A stretch of DNA of 64,000 nt from Antedon mediterranea (lineage: Eukaryota; Animalia; Echinodermata): positions 20,271,648-20,335,647 of the forward strand of contig NC_092673.1 in the NCBI RefSeq assembly GCF_964355755.1, in the 5' to 3' direction. Positions 37,040 to 48,765 of the stretch are shown here, in pieces (position 1 is the stretch's first letter; every line of letters starts with the position of its first letter). The translations under genes and the position numbers were made by a program. A model generated the notes under the pieces. That model made no database searches. It saw only the letters and a list, made by a program, of their open reading frames with translations, and was not told the DNA's origin.

Positions 37040-38359
37040 ATTGACTTCTATGTTTGACTTGAATGTTTAAATTTAAAACTTTTAATGGATTCTCTTCTTT
37101 ATTTCTCTGAAATGATAAGAATTTAATGTAAATATTATTGCATATTGCTTATAATGCTTATCAGTACTAATTTGAGGATATTGATTTATAGGGGTGATGT
37201 TTTTCTAGTTTATTTTGCCTATGAAAATAGGCGTTTGTAATCAAAGTATTTTAATCATTCAATACAGTAGTAGTACAGATGATACCTAAAATATATGTAT
37301 ATACTGTACACAGTTGCTCACTGGTGCATATCTTGAGAGGAATTCACAAAAACACTAGAAACACTTTCTTTTGCTTCTCATATACTAGGTGTTACAGTAC
37401 CCTTGTTACTACATATACATACATTTATCTACCTCAAATTACCTTTATTTGTACAGCCATTGATTCTATTTGAGTGCTATTTGAATCTGGGTTGACACGT
37501 TTCCTTGTGAATGATGTATTGCCTTTTAAAGCTTTTGGAACTTGAAAAAATAAACCAGAAAAATATTAATTAGAAAAAATAAAGAAATAAATATTGCTTC
37601 ATCTATATTTCCAATATCTGAATTATATGCACTCCACCAACAAAATAAGTGAAAGAGTAACTGAGTAATATTTATCTAATGGCCGAAATGACTTAACATT
37701 TATAACTATACTAACATCCTAATTTGTGACTACTGTATGACTTGGCTGTAACAATAACATTCAGTCTAACCTACATGGGTAGTCGGGTACAGAAGAGACC
37801 TCTGCATGTACTTTAACAATAACTATTCAATCTAACCTACCTAGTTAGTCGGGTACAGAAGAGAGCTCAGCATGTACTTTAACAATAACTATTCAATCTA
37901 ACCTACCTAGTTAGTCGGGTACAGAAGAGAGCTCAGCATGTACTTTAACAATAACTATTCAATCTAACCTACCTAGTTAGTCGGGTACAGAAGAGAGCTC
38001 AGCATGTACTTTAACAATAATTATTCAATCTAACCTACCTAGTTAGTCGGGTACAGAAGAGAGCTCAGCATGTACTTTAACAATAACTATTCAATCTAAC
38101 CTACCTAGTTAGTCGGGTACAGAAGAGAGCTCAGCATGTACTTTAACAATAATTATTCAATCTAACCTACCTAGTTAGTCGGGTACAGAAGAGAGCTCTG
38201 CATGTACTTTAGCAGAATGTAATGCCTTGTCATGACGTAACAACTTCTCGTGGATTGTCATCAAAATACGTTTTCAGTTTCTTGGAAATTAAAATTTCGG
38301 ATTTGATCTCTTTTAACCTAGCCTCCTTGACAGCAACTTTTGTGACAGCCAAATGCATC
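37040..38359 (-). pseudogene. DDX56: DDX56/Dbp9 helicase 3' fragment (three decayed exons)
   Basis: Exon 38359-38171 reads AVTKVAVKEARLKEIKSEILISKKLKTYFDDNPR/LLRHDKALHSAKVHAELSSVPD*L (DDX56 C-terminal signature, with a frameshift and a stop); exon 37540-37443 VPKALKG...; last exon from 37106 RNKEENPLK/FKFK. No helicase-core exons seen upstream. Confidence 0.8.
37765..38210. repeat. 66-bp minisatellite, about 7 copies
   Basis: tctaacctac at 37765, 37831, 37897, 37963, 38029, 38095, 38161. Confidence 0.95.
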
Positions 38360-40517
38360 CTGCAGGAACAATAAGCATTAAATATATTTGAAGGCAGAGC
38401 ACATGCACATGTCCACAAACTAATCAACTAATTTTGTCATGAAAAATATTAATATATGTTTTTGCTAAACTATTTTCAAAGGTTAAAGGCTTCATCTACA
38501 CGTACCTATTGTGATTTAGTTTGATGATATGGTCACGTCCTGTTTTTTTAGTTTGAAATTTATGTTCCATCGAAATATAAACAGTACATGACAACCTATC
38601 ATTACAGTTGTTATAAAAATGTTTTGAGCGAAATATTTAAACAAAATGTTTAATGCAAAGAGTATACATTGTAATGAGAGTATTATATTTGCATAAGTCA
38701 ATGCGCTGCTAAACTTGCCATTTGATTTTCTTTTTCTTTAGTTTATTTTTTTTACACATCAAACTAGTAAGTAACTCATCAGTTAAAGGATGGATAAACT
38801 ATAAACTAAGTCTCATTTGAGCGGAGTAGAAATGTACATCTTAGCACTATAATGTAAGGTTTGAACCCTAGATCTTAGGATTGGAAGGCAAGCATATTAA
38901 CCACTAAGCTACAGCTAGACTACATGGTGTTTGATGTCCCCCTCCCTTCACCACTCTGATTAAGAAATAAAATATTTATACTATAAATTAAATATGTAAC
39001 TGGAAAATACCAAAAAGGACATCCTACCGAATAAATTTGACAGGTATGTACTAATTTGATTTTTTAGATGATTTTCGTCCAGAAGAAAAAAAGTATAAAA
39101 TACTATAGAGAAAATAAAATATATTTTATACTATTATAAAGCTTTTAAATATTCATGAGAATAAATTGAACTTGTGACCTATCAAACAAAAGAGATTATC
39201 GATCATATCACGTGATTGTGGAAGACCAAGATGGATACTAAGCGGACGGGGTGTTATCCATAAATCGGCTAAATTATCCAGAAATCGAAAGAATCAGTTA
39301 TTCTATGATTAAAGAAACATAGAAAAAAGGGTAAGTTATTTAAATAGCAAGGCTCACTTACTAACCAATAAAACCTTCTTTAGGACAACAATCCATACTC
39401 ACATAGCAAGGGTACACCTACTGACTGGCAGTGGTAGCGCGCTCCAGGTAGCAGAAGCACTAGTTAGACTAAAGAGTGGTAGACTATTTCCGGGTTCGTA
39501 TAAACCTCGGAGAACACGATCAGGTCCACAACATAAATAAACATGATTTAACTGGTTCAGAATGAAACTTTTATCGAAATAATATGTTGTTCAATCATGT
39601 TTTTTATTTGATATTTATTACGTTTTTCATTTACCCCCGCATTTACCTTTTATAGGCCTTAAGGTGCTGAAACTTTCAGCTTCCCTCCCCTGTGATTATT
39701 GTGAATGCAAAAGTTGTAAATGTGTTCAAGACTTGAAATCAAATCAAATCAAAGTTTATTAATACCATAAACATTTTTTTCCTTCAAATAATCAATTGAA
39801 ATGTATCTGAACCATTGCCATGTTCTTAGTGTCTGTAACATGATCTCTGTGATCTGATTGGTTGAATCTTTTCAGACATAAGATGACTGACAAAATTAAA
39901 ACAGTGCTACCATTTCTCACAGACATCAGTAAACTAAACTTTGTAAGGTCATCAGACAATGTACTGTTAGGTATTTATTTCCTTGTCATACACTGTCAGT
40001 CCGGGAAGAGTGAGAATGGTCAGACAAGTAGATGTGAACTAAACTACCTACTGGGGCCTACTCAAAACGTCAACCTGTATCATAGTTCAGTGCTCGGAGT
40101 AATTCAATGCAGATAAATTATTTTTCTTTTTCAGAAACTTAAAGGCAGACGTTTAAATAAAATGCCATCAAGAACAACACAACACCATCTAGCATGGAGG
40201 ATAAAAAAGGTATTTGATGTGCATCCCTACGGTAATTCCATAAACAAAATGAAATTAAACAGAGAAAAAAAACTGTAAAGCTACATGAATGAAATATATC
40301 TCTTTGTGTCAACATTTTAGGTTTATTTTTTTTTTTCAAGCAAATGATGAACTCTAGTTGAATATGTGGGGTTTATAGTTTTAGTAATTTGCTTGATACA
40401 AAAAGTGTTCAATGCATTTCATTCATTCAGTGTCATATGCACATTTTTAAAACAAGTTTGCATATCATTTTAATTTTATTCATTTTTTTTTTCAGATAAA
40501 AACAAATTCCCAATAAA

Positions 40518-43500
40518 ATGGATGACATTGAAAGTAACTTCAGGGACTTAAAGCGTGATCTTAGTAAACACTATAAGGGTCTTAACTACCTGTGGTTGAG
40601 ATTCCTCCTTTATGATTTCATACCTGGAGAATATTTAACCCGTCCAAATTTCACAGGGAATAATTTATTTAATAAACTCCAAACATCTGGTTTTATTGGA
40701 CCTGATAATGTTAATCTTTTGTTAGAAGTTACTGAAATATCAGATTTTAAAGATGCTAAGAATCTTGTAATTCAGTATATAAAAACTAATAATGTTTACA
40801 TTGTTGGGCAAAACAATAATTTGTCTACATTTCGGAAGCAACTATTTCAGGCCATAAACCAATGTGGACCAGAGGATCTGAATGAAGTTATTGGTTACTA
40901 TGGACTAGAGGATTTTAATTTGAAAAATCTTTGGGACGTTGTGTTTAAATTAGAGAGAGACGGTCTTTTAAAAGATGAATCAAGCAAGATTAAGTTTAAA
41001 CGTCTGCTTGTACAACGTGCACAGGATGAAGTGTTATGTATTGGTATGTATTTTTCACTTTATCAATAAAAAATATATGTTATCATATTTTACATCCTTA
41101 TGTCTGCCAAATGTATAAAATCCATGAAAAATACTGAAAACTGACAATACTGTAGGTATCTGTAACTGGTTCTCAATGGAGATACAAAATTAAACAAGCA
41201 TGATGACTTGATTTTTAACAATCTAGCAAAGAAAATAATTTATTTAATATTTTACATTAATTGGACAAAGTTTTCAAATACGTAAAATGAATAATTTCAA
41301 CAATAATTTTTTTTTAAAGATGAACCTGAACTTGGAACATCAAAACAGTTCACATTATCAAGAAATCCACAAAGTAGGTATCAATAATATATAATCAATA
41401 ATAATAATAAAAAATAAATTATTTTCTACCAAAAAGTGTAAAATACAAAAAAAAAGTTGAGTTAATATGGAGATTAACAGCCATTAATTACTGTATATCA
41501 TATTTTGTATTGTAATAGATATTTCAATATTTTCTACATATTCAAATGCCCACTATAATTCTTTTCCAGATAAATCTGGAATATCGCAACAATCTAAGAG
41601 ACCAAGAAGTCCACAAGGTATACATTTTATTCATTTATGGTGATGTTGTATACAGTAGTTGTAGATCCAGAGAACTAATAAATAGTTAAAATGAATTCCC
41701 TCTTCCCTGGTTTAAATAAATACGGTACCTTGATTAATAATTATGTACTCTATTATAAATATTTAACATACTTTTCTGCTTTTATACCTAGCTCCCATTT
41801 CTTGTATATTGTAATCGTGTTCTTGTACTTTTTCTTGTATTGTTATTGATTTTGATCAAATTTATTATGTATTTAAGTGGACAGTGTAAAATTGTAATAT
41901 ATATTTGTTATTTTACAGATGATCCTGGGACATCAAAACAGACAAAGAGATCGAGTCCAGAGGGTACGTTTTATTCATTAGGGTGATGTCTGAAATTTTA
42001 TGAATTTTCAGGAGAATGAAACTATTTGTTATGGTACAGTTCTAAACACAGGCAATTTTGTTTTGTACAGATCAACCTGGAACATCAAAGCAAGAAACAA
42101 ATTCAAAAAGTTCAGGTAAATTTACTTGCCGCATGTGTGTGAATCCGATTGTATTGAAAATAGATAGAGGAAACAAGCATGCGCAGTTTAGCCAGTCTAT
42201 AGTTCAATAGACCGGCGATTAACCAATCATATGCTGTGAATTGAAAGGTGTTAATAACTAGACTTAATAATTAGACTACTGTATAATAGTATCTTGGTTA
42301 ATAATTATGTACTGTATTCTAAATATTCAATTTTAACTCAAATTTCTAGTGAATTCCTTGTAATATTCTCTTTGTACTTTTTCTTAAAATATTGCTTTTT
42401 AAATTGATTTTGAATGAATTTGTGTAAAATTGTAAACATATAATTTTGTTATTTTACAGATGAACCTTGGGCATCAATACAGACGAAAATATCAAGTCCA
42501 GAGGGTACGTTTTATTAATATATTATATTATTACAAAAAATGGAACCAAAAAGTCCAGGTATAGTTTATACATTGTAGGGTAACATTGTCAATTCAGCAG
42601 CATTTAAATTTTCCTAACAATCGTAATAAAATAGAGAATTATCAATGATTGTAGGTTTTGATTTTGAGGTTAATGATAAACCTTATAATAACTTATTAGA
42701 ATGACTTACACTTTTTAATACACAAAAGGGACTTAAAGTTAGAGATGGCTTTTTACCTGTATACTTACCATAAATAATAGCTTAGCTGTACATTTTAAAA
42801 TATAATAATACTGTATTACAAATTATAATTATATAGTTCTATATAAGGAAACAATGGTAAAAATTATAAATAAATCACTTAATATTCTATTATTTATTTT
42901 TGATATTTTAAATTCCTATTTAATTAACTTTTTTCCCATTGTGCTTAATGTGCTCCACATAGATTGATGAAACTCGTATATAAAACCCTCAGATTTCAAG
43001 AAAATATTAGAAGGGAAAGTAAAAAACGAATTAATCTACCTTAAATGCAATATTTTAATATTTTAGATAAGAAAATAAGACACTATCTGCTAAGCAATCA
43101 ACAAAAAGTATACCGCACATTCCACCAGTTTACACCACAAATCATGAATTCTGCATTTGAAGTAAATATTGCTGAAATGTTCACTGAACTGGAACTACTA
43201 AAATCAAACAAACAGGAAGGCAATCAACCTATAGAATTGAAAGGTCTTGTAGAAAGAATTACACCTAAATGCAGAGTTCTCATCAGTGGTGAAGGAGGTA
43301 TTGGTAAAACTACCTTACTGAGGTATTTTGCATATAACTGGGCTACTAAAGATACATTTGAAATTTTTAAAGGTAAAATACTATTTCTTATCAACATTAG
43401 AGATTTAGAGAAAGGTGACAACATTTTAGATGCTATTGTAAAACCAATTGAACTTGAAGATTTTAGTTTGTCAACAGGTCTATCAGGAGATGATCCAAAC

Positions 43501-46194
43501 TTGATCAAGACATTTTTAATGGATCATGACGATGAAATTGTATTACTGTTAGATGGTTTAGATGAATTAAGATTTCAAAACAAAAGTCCACTACGTCTTT
43601 TCAAACGGGAAAGACTGGAGAATAGTTCAGTGGTAATTACTTCTCGTTCAGTAAATATAGATGATTACATTAAGACAAGTAATTTACATATGCAAGTCAA
43701 AGGATTTAATTGGGAAAATGTGACTAAATATATTAGAAAATATTTTGAACATGTTCAGAAGTCTAAATTGGGAGATGCTCTTGTTAAGAAGATACATTCA
43801 CATCTAGCATATGAAATGTGCAAAAATCCAATGCTGCTTCTCTCAATTTGTTTCATGTGGGAAGAAGAGCAACACCTTCCAACTGACAAAGCAGATCTTT
43901 TTAAAGCTTTTTTCCTATGCATTTTGAATCAGCTTAACAAACAAAAAAATGCTAAAAAAATCTTAAAATTTGAAAAAATACCAAATGACTATCTAACAGC
44001 AATGCTTCTGTTAGGAAAGTGTATGTATCAAAGATTAAAGAATAATCAACTTTCATTTAAAGAAAATGAAATAAATACTTTAGCCATCAGTGATGAAGTA
44101 GATGATAAACTTGCTCTACAACTTGGGTTTGTATATGAAGATACAACACTCTTAAAAAAGTCTGATTTGGCAAAAACCTTTACAGCTCCTCACAAGTTAA
44201 TTGTAGAATCCTTGGTTGGGTTTTACCTATACAAACTATGTGAAATTGATGGTTTGCAGAATGAGAGTAAGAATATGCTGCTTTCATCATTAGGTGATGA
44301 AGAATGGGAGAATATAAGAGAAAGTGAACATTTAACTATGGCACGTGAATTTGCAATTGGATTTCTTGGTGTCAATGCTGCAAAGTTGTTGAAACATTGG
44401 ATTACAAATAGTTTTCCAACATATCGTTCTTTGATTTTTCTTTTGAAAGGAGTGGTTAATTATAAATATTTGGAAGAGGTAGAAACTAACCTTATGAAAT
44501 ATATAACAACAACAACAAAGTTAGACATACAAATTAATGATGTATGTAACGCATTAAGAATTTTTCTCATTCATCATAGACCAAATACAAATGTACACAA
44601 AGAAAATGTATTATACCTTATGAGAAAAGTTTATGACATACCTTCAGATGAAATTGCTGGCAACTTGTATAGTGATATGCCACCTGAAGCAAAGGGTAAA
44701 GCACATGCACACAGTTTGATTGCTGTGTCAAATCAAGCAGTGATTTTGAACTGGATTTACGGAAATTGTGTGAATTATGTAATAGATGAATGTGAAAAAC
44801 ACAATATGAAATATGACATAACGAAACATTGTATTAATCATAAAACAACTTCTGCATACTTGGTTCACATTTTAACAAATTCACCAGACCTGACATATAT
44901 CTATGCATCTCCTAATACTATTACAGGTACTGTTTTAAATGATGTAGTGTTAGGCCTACAATGTTATAGTAAATCAGTTCTTTCAGGTGAAGTAATAAAT
45001 GCTACAAATAAGCAACCAATAATGTTAACATTAACCACCCTTTATATAAGTGATAATAATCTCAGTCAAATTGATGGTGCTTTACTGGCATCTTTAATCT
45101 GTCTGATTCAAAATAGATCATTTCAGTTTGGTTTTCCTCAACTTTATATGCATAATTGCAATTTATCAGGTGAGATAATGAATTGTATGATCACAGAGTG
45201 TTCTAGTAGAAAAGCTACCTTGGGGTTTCATCAACTAGATATAGGTAATAATAATCTCAGTCAAATTGATGGTGTTTTACTGGCATCTTTAATCTGTATG
45301 ATAGAAGATACAGGTTGTATATTTAGTTTTCTTCTACTTAATATGCCTAATTGCAATTTATCAGGTGAGATGATGAATAATATGATCACAGAGTGTTCTA
45401 GTAGAAAAGCTACCTTGAGATTATCTAAACTGGATATAAGTAATAATAATCTTAGTCAAATTGATGGTGTTTTACTGGCATCTTTAATCTGTATGAATAA
45501 AGATAGTTCAGGTAGATTTCGTTTGCTTCAACTTAGTATGCATAATTGCAATTTATCAGGTGAGGTGATGAATAATATGATCACAGAGTGTTCTATTAGA
45601 AAAGTTACCTTGATGTTATCTGAACTGGATATAAGTGATAATAATCTCAGTCAAATTGATGGTGCTTTACTGGCATCTTTAATCTGTATGAATAAAGATA
45701 GTTCAGGTAGAATTCGTTTGCTTCAACTTAGTATGCATAATTGCAATTTATCAGGTGAGGTGATGAATAATATGATCACAGAGTGTTCTATTAGAAAAGT
45801 TACCTTGATGTTATCTAAACTGGATATAAGTGATAATAATCTCAGTCAAATTGATGGTGCTTTACTGGCATCTTTAATCTGTATGAATAAAGATAGATCA
45901 GGTAGGAATTGTTTGCTTCTTGGTATGCATAATTGCAATTTATCAGGTGAGGTGATGAATAATATGTTCACAGAGTGTTCTAGTAGAAAAGCTACCTTGG
46001 GGTTATGTAAACTGGATATAAGTGATAATAATCTCAGGCAAATTGATGGTGCTTTACTGGCATCTTTAATCTGTATGACAGAATGTAGTTTAGGTAGGCG
46101 TCTGTTGCTTCATTTTAATATGAAAAATTGCAATTTATCGGGTGAAGTGATAAACATGATAGAAAATCTAAATAGAGGAATAGTGACACACTGA
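40518..46194 (+). CDS. NLR-2: DED-like x2 - linker - NACHT - LRR receptor, intact
   Basis: Exons 40518-41043, 41320-41373, 41570-41617, 41919-41963, 42071-42115, 42460-42504, 43067-46194 (all phase 1, GT/AG); same NACHT motifs as NLR-1; 6 LRR double units. Confidence 0.92.
45030..46150 (+). repeat. Coding tandem array: 6 units of about 195 bp LRR pairs
   Basis: QIDG(A/V)LLASLIC occurs six times. Confidence 0.93.
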
Positions 46195-46527
46195 ATTAAT
46201 ATCTATTTTCAAATATCTTTTTGTGATAAATTGTATATAACTTAGAGAGTGATACCTGAAGAATGTAAGAATAGAAAAGTAAGAATTATGTATCTCAAAG
46301 ACAAATCATTAAAATGTATAGGTACTGTAGTAAATGGTAAATACAAATATTGCACTATGCACATTTTAATTGTAAACCCACTGGTTTGCATATGAATAAT
46401 CATTTGTTGTACAAAGTTGATATCCAAATCATTTTAGCTTCTAGTTCATTTGCATATTTTATATCTAGACAATTACTGTAAACACAAATATAGCAGAACC
46501 CCAACAATATGTCCTCTTCTTCATTAA

Positions 46528-46870
46528 TTGGCCGAGCGGTTAAGGCAGGGGCGCCGTTTACCGTACCTAAGAGCCAACAATATCGGCAAGGGTTCGAGGC
46601 CGACTCGCTCCTAGTTCTGGTGGTGGAACAAGTCTTCTCGGATAAGGACTATAAACCGTAGGTTCAGTGTACACAGTTATAACCTGTGTGTACTTTAAAG
46701 AACCCAGTTCATTATTCGAAAAGAGTAGGGGGTTACCCATGTGAATTGGTTCACAAAATAACCCCTGGATCATGGGGATTACCACCTATCTGATAGGACA
46801 GTGATCAATTCACTATTGGTAATCCTTGGCCACATTGCCTAAAGACATAAAATTAAAAAAAATAAATAAA
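46528..46870 (+). mobile_element. tRNA-derived SINE (Deu/Nin-core-like) in NLR-2 3' region
   Basis: A box TGGCCGAGCGG, B box GGTTCGAGGCC, core GGATAAGGACTATAAACCGTAGG...TAAAGAACCC...TTCGAAAAGAGTAGGGG, A-rich tail; absent at the equivalent position of copy 1. Confidence 0.72.
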
Positions 46871-47644
46871 AAATACAAATTATGCATATTGTTCAAATCA
46901 TCAGAATTCATGTGTACTTTAGTTATTAATTTGCAGTAAAACTTCATTATATTTGTTGTGATTTATTTATATCATATTATGTTGATATACAGTAACATCA
47001 TAGTATGTAAACAAAGCATTTTGATTCTCAATTTTTAGTTCATTCTATTATCTATTAGTGCATTTCATTTTTAGTTATATTTTACCTGATGAAACTGAAC
47101 ATGGATTTTATATGGATTAAACAGTACCAATATTTATGTATGTATGCAATTTAGTAAGGTATTAATGTTTGTGTTTTAAATAACTATGGTGTACATTAAT
47201 ACAATTGTTATATTATCTGTATGTCAATATGATAATTTGTGATTAAAGGAACAAGTAAAATTATTGTAGTAGAAGTCATTGTAGAAGTCATATAAAAATA
47301 GAAAGAGAGAGCTCCGAATACAAGCATTTGTAATTACATAGTCCGCCGCCTTCCCATATACACTTTTTTAAAAATTTATTATTTCATATCTAGGGGGACG
47401 TATTTATTTGATTATAAATTTTATCATATTACATACAAAAAAAAATAAACGACTCCCCCTAAAAAAATATGGATATGCACACCACTATATATAATATAAA
47501 AATTTAATCTGTAACTCTGACAGAGTGTTCTAGATGGCATATAATAAATAAATGCCGATTCAAAATAAGCGGGCCTTCGAGTTTTTAATGAAGGCTTGTC
47601 TGACCATTCCAACATTATCGAGAACTTGTTTAAATAACGTGTTC

Positions 47645-48010
47645 ATATTTCTAACACACGCTTCGAGCATTTGTCATCTTGGAAGAATAGCTTTTTCGTC
47701 ATCCGATTATTATCGAATCTAATCAGATGTGCAGCATAATTTTGTTGCTTGGTTTTGATAAATGTAGATAAATCACATGTCTTGCATATATTGTGAATTT
47801 CGATGTTGGTGTAATACAGTTTATAACATTCATCATCTAAAGTGTTTTTTCGCCGATAACCGTTACGGATCATTCATCGTAAAAACGTACACCAGGTTGA
47901 ATCAAGTTTATTTGATTGTGCAGACGTTAAAACCCAGTTTTGACAATTGAATGTCAATCGACATTGAATATAAGCTCCAAGGAATTTGTAATTCTCAAAT
48001 GTATGGAAAT
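47645..48010 (-). mobile_element. Decayed RTE-like LINE ORF2 C-terminal fragment
   Basis: Translation ...RLTFNCQNWVLT..Q..KLD....FLR/MIRNG...TNIEIHNIC...QQNYAAHLIR...MTKKLFF resembles the post-RT region of RTE-like elements. Confidence 0.55.
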
Positions 48011-48765
48011 TGTTAAACAGAAAAAAAATTCAATAAATACTGGTACTACTGTACTAATAAAAGTGAACAATGTGTTGCTTTTACTGTGTAAGATTTATTA
48101 CAAATAATTCTTTACAAAATTGCACAGATTACAATTAATTTAGCAATAAAGAGAGATAAAAATCATATGTACAGATGGATAAAAATGATGAAAATTGATT
48201 AAACCTGAGACAACCTGATATCAAAATAATTAAATGTTTATATATAATATTAATTGTAAAGCATTGACTGCTGCACACTAATTGGTTGGTTTGGATTGAC
48301 TCTATCTTGTACTACACATTTGAACATTTTTTTCTTTGGAAGAAGTGGCCATGGATTTACCAATAGAAAATTAATCACTGTCCTACAAGTTTGGTGTTAA
48401 TCCCTGATGCAGGGGCTATTTTGCGAACCAGTTACCGGGGGAACCCACTAAACATGTCTAGTGCAGTTTAATTGATTATTATTACACTTGAAATAACAGA
48501 TAATGTATTCATTCAATAAACAAAAATAAACATTTTATAAAACATGATTTCATCATAGTATTTTATAATCTTTGGTGTACATGTTTTTCTATTTTATGTC
48601 CATTTAAACAACTTTTAATTATAGAATTGTGAGAAGATGCCAAGAAGGTTAGTTGGTCCCATTAAACACCTCATCTGCCTCAAGGTGCTTGTATTGACTC
48701 AATTAATCCGAGATGAATCTAGCTTTAAACTGGCACCTTTCCAATTTTCATTTCTAGTTCAAATT

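Larger units (their letters stand above)
40032..47261 (+). repeat. Segmental duplication copy 2 (paralogous to 24016-36590)
   Basis: Same boundary sequences as copy 1. Confidence 0.9.

Noticed and set aside
40032-47261. NLR duplication as an uncollapsed-haplotype artefact
   Set aside because: The copies differ in micro-exon number, intron TE content, LRR number and many substitutions, and are separated by unique sequence; more consistent with true paralogues, although read depth was not checked.
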